This document shows, one piece after another, positions 30,859-39,792 of a stretch of 64,000 nucleotides of DNA. Numbering within the stretch: the first letter of the stretch is position 1; each line of letters opens with the position of its first letter. The notes below the pieces were generated by a model. The model was not told the DNA's origin. It saw only the letters and a program-made list of their open reading frames with translations, and ran no database searches. This DNA comes from Candidatus Uhrbacteria bacterium (lineage in GTDB: Bacteria > Patescibacteriota > Patescibacteriia > JACRJV01): NCBI GenBank assembly GCA_016215325.1, contig JACRJV010000026.1, positions 95,955-159,954 of the forward strand, written 5' to 3'. The translations under genes and the position numbers were made by a program.

Positions 30859-31365
30859 TCAGGGATCGATATCTCCGCCATATTGTTCCCATAGTTCCTG
30901 GAAGTCTGCTTCGACCTGCCGATGCAACCGATCGTCGTCTTCATCGGCAAGTTCTGCCGCGATTGGACCGTCTACCTCGGGCTCGGGCATTGGGGGCAGC
31001 GGACTTGGCGCTGCCGACGGTGTTTCGGTCACCGCGGTATTGTCCAGCGGCTTGGTGCTGCTATCGGCATCGAGGGGATGTTCTGGGGAAGGCCCAGAGC
31101 GATGGTTGCGTGGCGGGATCCGCCGGGCACGCAACCAAAGCCGGTATGTACCACGCCGAAGAAGTTCAAGGTGTCGCTCATCCGAAAAGATGACTTGAAT
31201 CGCCTGCACCAGCTCTTCCGCCCCATCCACAGCGCATGCCCAAAGGATCGATCCCCGCCAGGAGCGAATCGTGATCCGGAATCGAAACAAAAACGCCTCC
31301 CCAAAGGAAGGCAAATGCGGTTGATTCCTGATCAACTGATGATACAGTTGCCGGATGTCGCGCAT
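30859..31365 (-). CDS. Hypothetical protein with a Pro-rich / acidic C-terminus, convergent in the high-GC islet
   Basis: ORF in the high-GC segment with a low-complexity tail; it could still be an antisense artefact. Confidence 0.3.
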   Translation of the reverse strand: MRDIRQLYHQLIRNQPHLPSFGEAFLFRFRITIRSWRGSILWACAVDGAEELVQAIQVIFSDERHLELLRRGTYRLWLRARRIPPRNHRSGPSPEHPLDADSSTKPLDNTAVTETPSAAPSPLPPMPEPEVDGPIAAELADEDDDRLHRQVEADFQELWEQYGGDIDP

Positions 31366-31434
31366 CTCACACTCCCTTCAAGGTAGAGCGTCCGTATGGC
31401 GTTGCCGATACTATAGCAAAATACTTCCTTCTCG

Positions 31435-32160
31435 TCACGGATGCAGCGTTGTTGCGGCAAACGCTTTGCCCTCTAAAGCATTTTTCAAATTGGCCAATTT
31501 ACCCCCATCCATAACCGTGACTGTCAACCCGTGGCGCTGCGCAAACGCAGCGGCCACTGGGTCAAACGGCGCGTGGGCGGACGGTTTGAACGTCTTCATA
31601 CCCAGAATTTTTTTGTACTGCTTCCACGTGAGCTCTGGGTATGCCACCGCATGTTTATCATAACGAGGGTCGCCGGAGTAAACGTAGTCCACGTTTGTAA
31701 GATTAAAAATTCGCTTTGCATGGTAGGTCTTGCCGAGCACCACCGCATCTTTGTCCGTTGAATGCCCAGGTAACCACCCGGCCGCGATCGCAACAGGATG
31801 ATCAAGATTCACTCGTACCGTTGGGTCACCCAGCACGGCGGGATGGCTATAGGGGGAAAACAACACCCTAAAAAATTCTGCGTTTAATTTTGTGGCCGCA
31901 ATGCCAATCCAATGGCGGTCTACTTCCTTGGCTTTGGGGTTCAACGCCAAAGCAGCCTTGGCATAGGAACGACTCGGTCCCCCGCCGCCGGTGACAATAA
32001 TAAACCGCTGTCCACGCCGAACATACTTGAGGATCAGCTCTCGGAACTTCTTAAGATAAACACCCTCAATATGGCCGATGGTCTTGCCAGAATGATCCGT
32101 TGGGGCAATCAGAGACCCGCCGATAGACAGAACGATCATACTTAGATTTCTAATTATCAA
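31435..32160 (-). CDS. pyrH: Amino-acid-kinase family protein, archaeal-type UMP kinase-like
   Basis: MIVLSIGGSLI…; RFIIVTGGGGPSRSY; the C-terminal region is AAK-like. Confidence 0.5.
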   Translation of the reverse strand: MIIRNLSMIVLSIGGSLIAPTDHSGKTIGHIEGVYLKKFRELILKYVRRGQRFIIVTGGGGPSRSYAKAALALNPKAKEVDRHWIGIAATKLNAEFFRVLFSPYSHPAVLGDPTVRVNLDHPVAIAAGWLPGHSTDKDAVVLGKTYHAKRIFNLTNVDYVYSGDPRYDKHAVAYPELTWKQYKKILGMKTFKPSAHAPFDPVAAAFAQRHGLTVTVMDGGKLANLKNALEGKAFAATTLHP

Positions 32161-32201
32161 AATTTGGACATCAAAAATTTTATTGGGAATTGGGAATTAG
32201 A
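32143..32201. repeat. Weak member of the heptamer-palindrome family (…ctaattatcaaaat … attgggaattgggaattag)
   Basis: Read from the sequence. Confidence 0.4.
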
Positions 32202-32937
32202 TATTATGTTTCCGTATAATAATATTTTTTGCTGCTTGATACCTCTCTATCGTCTTCTTCCACCATGGCAAATATTTAAAGGGGGCGTGATACGCGAATG
32301 AGGGAACCCACTGGCTCATGGTCCCGCCGGTGGCTATGGTGTAGAGTACTTCCGGGATGAATACCCCCCTGCCGCCGCGCTCGGCAATTGTTAAAAAGAG
32401 GTCCCAGTCCTGGAATTTCTTGAGGCTCTCGTCAAACCGCGGGAAGGCACCGCGGCGCAGTAAAGAGCTAGTATGAATGTAGTTCAATTGGCGCAATGTT
32501 GCAAGATCAAAGGGGAATGAACTAAACTTCTTATGACTAAAAAGGAATTGGCTGTAGCTGAATGCCGCGTCCGGGTGTTGCTCGAGCGCTTCCCACATTT
32601 TTTCAAGACAATCCGGCTCCAGACGAATATCGGCATCACAAAAAAAGAGAAGGTCACCATTGCAAGCATCAAACCCGCGATTGCGCGCAGCGGCTGCTCC
32701 CCTATTTTGTTGATCAATCCATTGTATGGAGAATCCCTTACGTTGTAGTAAATCTGCAATCTGCAATCTGCAATCTGCAATCGTATCCGTCGATCCATCA
32801 TTGACAATAATAATCTCAGTTTCTATTCTAATGTTTTTAAGAACATTAGAATAGATAGATTGTTCAAGAATACTCTCGACACAGGCTTCGAGTTCTTTGG
32901 CGTGATTATATACCGGGATGATGATCGAAACTAGCAT
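32197..32937 (-). CDS. Family 2 glycosyltransferase
   Basis: MLVSIIIPVYN…; IIVNDGSTD; …FCDAD. Confidence 0.8.
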   Translation of the reverse strand: MLVSIIIPVYNHAKELEACVESILEQSIYSNVLKNIRIETEIIIVNDGSTDTIADCRLQIADLLQRKGFSIQWIDQQNRGAAAARNRGFDACNGDLLFFCDADIRLEPDCLEKMWEALEQHPDAAFSYSQFLFSHKKFSSFPFDLATLRQLNYIHTSSLLRRGAFPRFDESLKKFQDWDLFLTIAERGGRGVFIPEVLYTIATGGTMSQWVPSFAYHAPFKYLPWWKKTIERYQAAKNIIIRKHNI

Positions 32938-33003
32938 AATCTAAGTCACAGAGGTACAATAGTCGCAACACTGCTAGAGTATCAGAAGCATCAAAAATCA
33001 ACA

Positions 33004-33330
33004 ATGTTTATGGATCCCATTGAATTCCTCCGACAATTCCGCTTTGGTGGATATGCCATTTTCGATTTTACCACGGCATTTTTAGGCATCGCCATCATTT
33101 CGCCGTTACTGTCAAAACTGTTCCGCAAGATCAGACTCGATATCCCCAAACGAAACTGGATATTTTTGACATTGCCAATCGGCATCATCACTCATCTACT
33201 GATCAACAAAATCACACCAATGACCGCGCGCTTCCTAGACCTCCAGGGTCATTATATTCTCAAAATAGTGATCGTCGCTCTGCTCATTCTGGGGTTACGC
33301 GGGATTAAAGTGGTCCAGAAATCTAAATAA
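33004..33330 (+). CDS. Small membrane protein (three predicted TM helices)
   Basis: Three hydrophobic segments; lies in the AT-rich island. Confidence 0.4.
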   Translation: MFMDPIEFLRQFRFGGYAIFDFTTAFLGIAIISPLLSKLFRKIRLDIPKRNWIFLTLPIGIITHLLINKITPMTARFLDLQGHYILKIVIVALLILGLRGIKVVQKSK

Positions 33331-33336
33331 CATCTT

Positions 33337-34311
33337 ATGCACCCCGACAGAACCATTCCCGGCATCACCCACACCGCAGACTCACCAATAACTGAGCATG
33401 CCTCAATGGAAGCGGATCGGACGAAGCAAAATACGGAACGAGCCGCACAAGAGCTACAGGAACGATTGGAACAGATCAAACGCGAAGTTCTCCTACTGCT
33501 AAAACAAAAAGAAGAAGCCTCCACGAGCGCCTCCCAAGAGCGCGGCAAACTTTTAGATTTATGGAGGAAGAAGCTCATTAGCTCAAAAGATGAGTTCAAA
33601 CTTCTCTCCGATAAACTTTCGGAATTAGAAAATTCTATCGACAATCAAATCGTCAGAAAGAAAACAGAGTACCGACTAACAAGAATGGAGTATCTTTCTG
33701 AAACGACTCCTCCCGATGCCATCCGCCAACGCGTACTGGACTTGCATATCGAGGATAACATCGAACAATTTACAAACCTCAGCATCCAAGCGGGGGGCTC
33801 GAATGCTCAAGGAGTTTTTGAAATTGAAAATGGTGACTTTGTGTTAATAAAGAAAGTGCCGGAAAGTTATGAATACAACGTTGCCCTGCCCTTCATCATG
33901 CAGGGAATACAAAGCGATAGGATTCCTCGTGTACTGCAAATCTTTAAAACCGATGATGCAACGTATACTGTTACAGAGAGGGCACGGGGCACTCAAGTCG
34001 ATCAACTCTCCGAGGAACAAATCGCAGAGATTCCACAAGAGCATTTTAATCAGTTCCTCCGCGATCTTGCAATGTTAGGCGAAAAAGGGTTGCAGATCGA
34101 CCCCTCCAAAAAAAGTAATTTCTTCTATGATGCTCAGAAAGGGTTTAGCATCATTGATATTGGAGACCATCACAACGCCCCAACGCAAACCGGGATACCG
34201 AACAATCTACGCGTTAACGATCTGCAAGCAATTCTCACAGGACCAAAGCAAGACCAAAGAATTATTGATAAAATCCAAGAAGCTCTTACACAGATAAATC
34301 GCCCACTATGA
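33337..34311 (+). CDS. Coiled-coil protein with a C-terminal atypical protein-kinase-like domain
   Basis: Gly-rich loop GGSNAQGVFEI; Lys strand VLIKKV; catalytic-loop-like LQIDPSKKSNFFYD; DFG-like IIDIGD. Confidence 0.35.
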   Translation: MHPDRTIPGITHTADSPITEHASMEADRTKQNTERAAQELQERLEQIKREVLLLLKQKEEASTSASQERGKLLDLWRKKLISSKDEFKLLSDKLSELENSIDNQIVRKKTEYRLTRMEYLSETTPPDAIRQRVLDLHIEDNIEQFTNLSIQAGGSNAQGVFEIENGDFVLIKKVPESYEYNVALPFIMQGIQSDRIPRVLQIFKTDDATYTVTERARGTQVDQLSEEQIAEIPQEHFNQFLRDLAMLGEKGLQIDPSKKSNFFYDAQKGFSIIDIGDHHNAPTQTGIPNNLRVNDLQAILTGPKQDQRIIDKIQEALTQINRPL

Positions 34312-34478
34312 AGGTAACACTATACATGGCAACAACCATCAATGGATATGTTTGAGTACCAAAAAATTATCGAAAGATACTATACAATTGCATTATGAGA
34401 TTTCGCGTTGATCATCATTGGTCTGCTTATTCTGGGGTTATGGAAGACAAAGACTGTGAAATAATAAGACGAACATGA

Positions 34479-34808
34479 ATGTCTAATCTAATACATATAA
34501 CATCTATGCGTCCAAAGAACCTAGGCATACTGGTCGTAATTGTGATGGTAATTATTTTAGGTGTTTCACTTTATATTGATATTGCAACAGAAAATGAAAA
34601 AATACCCCGGATTCTCACCACAACAGAGCAGTACGCGTGTCCTGACCGCAATAAACTTGATTATAACAAAACAACACAAACGTACATCCAATGGAATAAC
34701 TGCATGCCCTGTCCAGGAGTGAGACCGCCATGTCTCCCTGATTCTCAATTTGAACAATGGGTCAACAAAAATTGTGGGATAAAATTCAAAATTAACGTCG
34801 CGGAGTAG
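34479..34808 (+). CDS. Small secreted or membrane-anchored cysteine-rich protein (6 Cys)
   Basis: N-terminal signal/anchor LGILVVIVMVIILGVSLYI, then CPDR…CMPCPGVRPPC…NC. Confidence 0.4.
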   Translation: MSNLIHITSMRPKNLGILVVIVMVIILGVSLYIDIATENEKIPRILTTTEQYACPDRNKLDYNKTTQTYIQWNNCMPCPGVRPPCLPDSQFEQWVNKNCGIKFKINVAE

Positions 34809-34821
34809 AACAGACTCTTGA

Positions 34822-35817
34822 ATGCATTGTGTTATGCCCAACGCGATCGAACTCCAAAACTTGAGAAAAATATTCACGTTCTCGGTAAAAAATCCGCGCT
34901 ATAGCATTTGGAAAAACTTTTTTAATCCAGACCGTCAAGAAATCGTAGCGGTGGATTCAATATCCCTCGCGGTTGAACGCGGGGAATCTGTGGCCTTCAT
35001 CGGCCCCAACGGCGCTGGCAAATCCACGACCATCAAGATGCTCGCTGGCATTCTATACCCCACCAGCGGAACGATTTCTGTGCTGGGCTTAAATCCGCAG
35101 CGTGAGCGGCAACGCCTAAGCTACAACATTGGAACGGTGTTCGGGCAGCGCTCGCAGTTGGTGTTTAATCTTCCGGTTCGCGATTCCTTTCGGTTGTTCG
35201 GAAAAATCTATGAGCTCTCCGATCGGATGATCCAGCAGCGCCAGAAAGAATTGGTGGCGCTGTTTGCGATTGAAGACATTATGGATCAACCGGTGCGCAA
35301 ACTCTCCCTTGGGCAGCGCATGCGGGCGGAGATTGCGGTGTCGCTCATCCACCGGCCGAAGATTATTTTCTTGGACGAACCCACCATTGGCTTGGATATT
35401 GTTGCTAAGCGCCGGTTGCGCGAAGTGCTCAAGAACCTCAACCGAAAGTTTGGCACCACAATTTTCCTCACATCTCACGATGCGGGTGATATTGAGGCGC
35501 TGTGTGCGCGAACGATTATCATCAATCACGGGAGGGCGATTTTGGATATGGAAACGGCAGTCTTACAACGAAAATTTCTTACTCAAAAACGCGTGCGCGT
35601 GGATTTTAGCCAGCCCACCAAATTTACGGCGATCGCCGACACCAGACTCGTGCACCGTGATGACAATTCAGTACAGTTTATGGTTGATACGTCGAAGATT
35701 GCGCTCAAAGATGTTCTTGATGAACTGACAACACACTACTCTATTGAAGATATGGACGTCGAACATCCATCATTGGAAGAAATTATCAGCACAATCTATG
35801 GCCAGCAGGCACGGTAG
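34822..35817 (+). CDS. ABC transporter ATP-binding protein with a C-terminal extension
   Basis: Walker A GPNGAGKST; signature LSLGQRMR; Walker B IIFLDEPT; H-loop TSHD. Confidence 0.85.
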   Translation: MHCVMPNAIELQNLRKIFTFSVKNPRYSIWKNFFNPDRQEIVAVDSISLAVERGESVAFIGPNGAGKSTTIKMLAGILYPTSGTISVLGLNPQRERQRLSYNIGTVFGQRSQLVFNLPVRDSFRLFGKIYELSDRMIQQRQKELVALFAIEDIMDQPVRKLSLGQRMRAEIAVSLIHRPKIIFLDEPTIGLDIVAKRRLREVLKNLNRKFGTTIFLTSHDAGDIEALCARTIIINHGRAILDMETAVLQRKFLTQKRVRVDFSQPTKFTAIADTRLVHRDDNSVQFMVDTSKIALKDVLDELTTHYSIEDMDVEHPSLEEIISTIYGQQAR

Positions 35818-36610
35818 CGCCAAGTACTGGCACATTTTCTCAGCGTCATTTCGAGAAAAATTCGATTCTCGCGGCACGATCGTTACGTATGGTATCATGT
35901 GGTCAGTGCGGGTGATTGTCCTGCTGCTCATATACTCCTTCGCCTTTCGATATCGCGGCGGATCTCCCGTCAACGGGATCACCTTGCCCACAGCACTGTG
36001 GAGCATGGCAATTTATTTTATCGTTCTTTCGTTTGATATTCGCTGGCTATACCGCGCCATCTCCCGAGACATCCGCCTGGGAACCATCGAAGTAAAGATA
36101 ACGAAACCGTATCACTACGTACTCTATCACGCATCACACAATTGCGGACGAGGATCCGCTTCGTTGCTATTTGTTCTTTTTATCACCATTGCAGTGCTCC
36201 CATGGTTGGCCGGCTTTCCCCCCGTGGTACTTACGGGGCAAATCATTGTTGCGGGCACACTCCTGTTGTTCATGGGAAGTACCATTGCAATTCTCCTGTA
36301 TTCTGCGATTGGACTTTCGGCCGTGTGGCTCCATGACGCCGACCCGCTCTACTGGATTATGGACAAAACCATCATGGTGCTCGGGGGATCATTCGTGCCG
36401 ATGGCGCTGTTCCCCCCGTCGGTGCGATGGTTTGCCGAACATAGCCCCTGGGGAGCAACGATGTTTATCACACAGATTGTCAATCCTGATTTTATAGAGC
36501 GGTGGCCGCAGCTGGCGCTCTCCCAAATATTTTGGGTAATGATAATGGCGGCAATCACGGGACTGATCGCACAGCAAGCCAATAAACGACTTTCTATTCA
36601 TGGGGGCTGA
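35801..36610 (+). CDS. ABC-2 family permease (6 TM)
   Basis: Multi-TM protein whose start overlaps the ATPase stop; start trimmed to MASRHG. Confidence 0.6.
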   Translation, partial: ASRHGSAKYWHIFSASFREKFDSRGTIVTYGIMWSVRVIVLLLIYSFAFRYRGGSPVNGITLPTALWSMAIYFIVLSFDIRWLYRAISRDIRLGTIEVKITKPYHYVLYHASHNCGRGSASLLFVLFITIAVLPWLAGFPPVVLTGQIIVAGTLLLFMGSTIAILLYSAIGLSAVWLHDADPLYWIMDKTIMVLGGSFVPMALFPPSVRWFAEHSPWGATMFITQIVNPDFIERWPQLALSQIFWVMIMAAITGLIAQQANKRLSIHGG

Positions 36611-37415
36611 TATGGTTACAATCTTCAAAGAATTGCGGATTGCGTTAGAAATACTTCGCACCCATTTTGCGGCGGCACGCGAAATCCGTTCTGCTTTTGC
36701 GCTCCAAGTGGTGGGTATGATGATCAACAATATTGCATTGGTTTTGGTGTGGATTTTTTTCTTTGAAGCGTTTGGGGAGATCCAGGGCTGGAGCTCGATG
36801 GAATATGTTGCGATGCTGGGCATGAGTGCCTTGGCGTTTGGCATTGCCTTTACCTTTATGAGCGGCGCAGAAATGCTTTCAGAATACGTCTACAATGGGA
36901 CATTGGACCAATTTCTGCTCACGCCGCGGCCGCTGTACCTTCGAATCCTTTCATCCTGTGTCCGCGTCTCAGCGATTGGCGACATGTTTTTTGGCCTTAT
37001 TTTGCTAGCCATCTACGCGGTGTGGTCTCATGCATCGTTGCTCACTATGGCGATGCTCTTGAGCTCAGCAGTACCGGCGGCATTACTGATGAGCAACATC
37101 GCATTAGCAACTTCGCTGGTGAGCTTTTTTATTCCCGACGCAGAATTCATCGCCCATAATCTGTTCGAAGTGTTTCTCTCCCCGAGCCTCTACCCGGGTG
37201 GATTATTTCAAGGAGCATTACGATTCGTGTTTGTATTTATCATTCCCTCGTTGCTGGTCGGGGGCCTGCCGGCCGAAGCGGCGATTGCGAACAATGGGTG
37301 GCTGTATCTGTTTATTTGGGCAATGGCCGGGGCGTGGACAGCGCTCACACTCGTGTTGCTCGGCCGGGCCGTGAAAAGATATGAGAGTGGGAACCTCACC
37401 GGCGCCCGAGTGTAA
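36600..37415 (+). CDS. ABC-2 family permease, second subunit
   Basis: Multi-TM paralogue; its start overlaps the previous gene. Confidence 0.6.
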   Translation: MGADMVTIFKELRIALEILRTHFAAAREIRSAFALQVVGMMINNIALVLVWIFFFEAFGEIQGWSSMEYVAMLGMSALAFGIAFTFMSGAEMLSEYVYNGTLDQFLLTPRPLYLRILSSCVRVSAIGDMFFGLILLAIYAVWSHASLLTMAMLLSSAVPAALLMSNIALATSLVSFFIPDAEFIAHNLFEVFLSPSLYPGGLFQGALRFVFVFIIPSLLVGGLPAEAAIANNGWLYLFIWAMAGAWTALTLVLLGRAVKRYESGNLTGARV

Positions 37416-37588
37416 TAATAATGTTAACTGACCCCATCCATACGCCCTTGCATGATAGGCACGTCATCGGATACATGGAGGGAGTCGCTTTCACAGGGGC
37501 TTTTTCTGTTGTAGAATATCAGCACCACCCAAAGGGTAGCAAACACCAACAAAAACAGTAATCAAGCGTTTGAGAATGTTGGCATGTA

Positions 37589-38179
37589 TTGAGGAAAACT
37601 ATGCTTCGGCTTACTCGGCATATTCATTATCCTAAACTTCTTACACTGTTGGCCTGCATTGTCGCAGCCTATATCCTATTCCAAACGGATTTCTTTTTGG
37701 CAATCTCACAGGCATTCAATTCCAGCGGTTACTCTACCATCCTGCTTGCGGGGTTCTTATTCGCCTATGGATTCACGGCGCCGTTTGCCGTGGGCTTGTT
37801 TGCTTCCGTTGCTTCCGAGGTGAATATCTTTACCGCTGCGCTGCTGGCCGGCGGTGGCGCGCTCGTTGCTGACCTCATCATATTCCAATTTATTAAAACA
37901 TCCTTTGCCGATGAATTCGACCATCTCCGCCTCACCCGATTATTCCAGCGTATCCGTGACATACTGGACCACAATTTCGGCGATACCCTCAAAAAATATC
38001 TACTCTGGACAGTTGCCGGATTTTTGATTGCTTCACCGCTACCAGATGAATTTGGCGTCACCATGATCAGTGGATTCACCACCATCAATAAGCGGATTTT
38101 TAGCGTGCTGTCCTACGCACTCAATACCCTTGGGATTCTGGCCATTTTGGCGATTGCGAAGATGAGTGCGGGTGTCTAA
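37589..38179 (+). CDS. Hypothetical membrane protein
   Basis: Multiple hydrophobic helices; no motif recognised. Confidence 0.4.
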   Translation: MRKTMLRLTRHIHYPKLLTLLACIVAAYILFQTDFFLAISQAFNSSGYSTILLAGFLFAYGFTAPFAVGLFASVASEVNIFTAALLAGGGALVADLIIFQFIKTSFADEFDHLRLTRLFQRIRDILDHNFGDTLKKYLLWTVAGFLIASPLPDEFGVTMISGFTTINKRIFSVLSYALNTLGILAILAIAKMSAGV

Positions 38180-38184
38180 ATCCT

Positions 38185-38631
38185 ATGGCAGCAGAAAGCT
38201 CTGACCGCTATCGCTTATTCGCCGCAACGTACCTCGTTCTAGAGCAGGGCAGCAAGATCCTGCTCCTCCGCAGATTCAATACCGGGTACAAAGACGGTTT
38301 CTATAGTTTGCCCGGTGGGCACTTTAATGGCGGCGAAACCGCTCGCGCATGCATGGTCCGCGAGGCAAGCGAAGAAGTCGGTATCACCATTCGGCCAGAA
38401 GACCTAACCGTTGCCCATACAATGCACCGCTGTACACCCAGCCGGGAGTATGTCGATTTTTATTTGTTGGCTCACGCTTGGGAAGGAACACCAAGTCTCA
38501 ACGAGCCGGACAAATGCGACGATCTCCAATGGTGCGCACGCAAGAATCTCCCGGAAAATCTCGTGCCCGAAGTCCGGCAAGCGTTGGACTGCATGGACCA
38601 AGGCATTCCGTACAGTGAATTCGGCTGGTGA
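38185..38631 (+). CDS. NUDIX hydrolase
   Basis: Nudix box GGHFNGGETARACMVREASEEVGI. Confidence 0.8.
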   Translation: MAAESSDRYRLFAATYLVLEQGSKILLLRRFNTGYKDGFYSLPGGHFNGGETARACMVREASEEVGITIRPEDLTVAHTMHRCTPSREYVDFYLLAHAWEGTPSLNEPDKCDDLQWCARKNLPENLVPEVRQALDCMDQGIPYSEFGW

Positions 38632-38667
38632 CACGCATCAGGTGGCGAAATAAACCGCGGTCGCGGT

Positions 38668-39792
38668 TTATAATGCACCTCCGGTGCGTTCCAGGATACG
38701 AGACAACTTCTGTACCCGTTGAGTCCACTGAAACTCTCTTAACACCCGCTCTCTTCCTGTAGCTCCCATAGTATTCATCCTGTCCGAGTCATTCAACAAA
38801 TCAATAATGTCCTGGACGATTTTTTTGATATCTGTCGGGCTCGTGAGCACCCCAGTGCCGCCATCTTCCACCGCCTCCGGCACGCCTCCACTGCGTGCTG
38901 CCACCACCGGCAAACCATACAGTGCCGCTTCCAGGCACACCATGCCAAACCCTTCCACATCGCCGTTGGGCAGTTCTCGCGGCAAAAAGACAAAGCAGTC
39001 GGCAGCGCGATAGAATTGAGCAAGCCGCTCTACAGAGGCCGAAGGTTCAAATCGAATGACATCGTGGACATCGAGTTGATCGGCCAATACTTCAATGCGC
39101 CGGCGATCCGGTCCGTCGCCGACAAACGTCCAGTGGAATTTCTTTCCCTGTTTTTTGAGTTCGGCGGCAACAGACACGGCGGCATCGTATCCTTTGCGTT
39201 CAACAAACCGGGCGATGGTAAGGAGGCGCCAGGTCGTCGCGTCATCCTGAGGGAAGGCCGAAGGATCTCGAGATTCTACGCTCGACCCAGAATGACGAAC
39301 AGCGGCAATGACGGTTGCCGACGGACACGGAGTGAGCACTGTTATTTTTTCTTTATCAATTCCGTACTCCAAAACAATCTTTTTTGTATATTCCGAATTC
39401 GTGATGACCCAGGTTGCACGCTGCATCACCTTTTTTGCAATCCATCGCTTGCGGCCGTTCAGTGCGAGATCAAGACCATGCGCAAAAATTCCGTAACGAA
39501 ATCCAGGTATTAAATCATTAAACCAATAAACTAATAAATCAATAAACCAAACCGCTTCTCCAACAGGCAATACCTCGCCCGCAAATATGATGCTTGCCTT
39601 GTGTCTTTTCATCTCCCTGAGAATCCGCCACAGCATCGGGAGCCACCGCGGAAAAAATCCCCAGTATAATTTTTCTTCGCCCACGAACGGAATAATCTTT
39701 CCTTCACTCGCATCCACAAGTCCGCGATAATATTCCCCCACTCCGCCCACCATGGGCGGGTATTCCAACGCGGCTAACAGTATTCTGTTCAT
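38668..39792 (-). CDS. Family 4 (GT-B) glycosyltransferase
   Basis: …FVFLPRELPNGDVEGFGMVCLEAALYGLPVVAARSGGVPEAVEDGGTGVL (EX7E-type motif). Confidence 0.8.
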   Translation of the reverse strand: MNRILLAALEYPPMVGGVGEYYRGLVDASEGKIIPFVGEEKLYWGFFPRWLPMLWRILREMKRHKASIIFAGEVLPVGEAVWFIDLLVYWFNDLIPGFRYGIFAHGLDLALNGRKRWIAKKVMQRATWVITNSEYTKKIVLEYGIDKEKITVLTPCPSATVIAAVRHSGSSVESRDPSAFPQDDATTWRLLTIARFVERKGYDAAVSVAAELKKQGKKFHWTFVGDGPDRRRIEVLADQLDVHDVIRFEPSASVERLAQFYRAADCFVFLPRELPNGDVEGFGMVCLEAALYGLPVVAARSGGVPEAVEDGGTGVLTSPTDIKKIVQDIIDLLNDSDRMNTMGATGRERVLREFQWTQRVQKLSRILERTGGAL

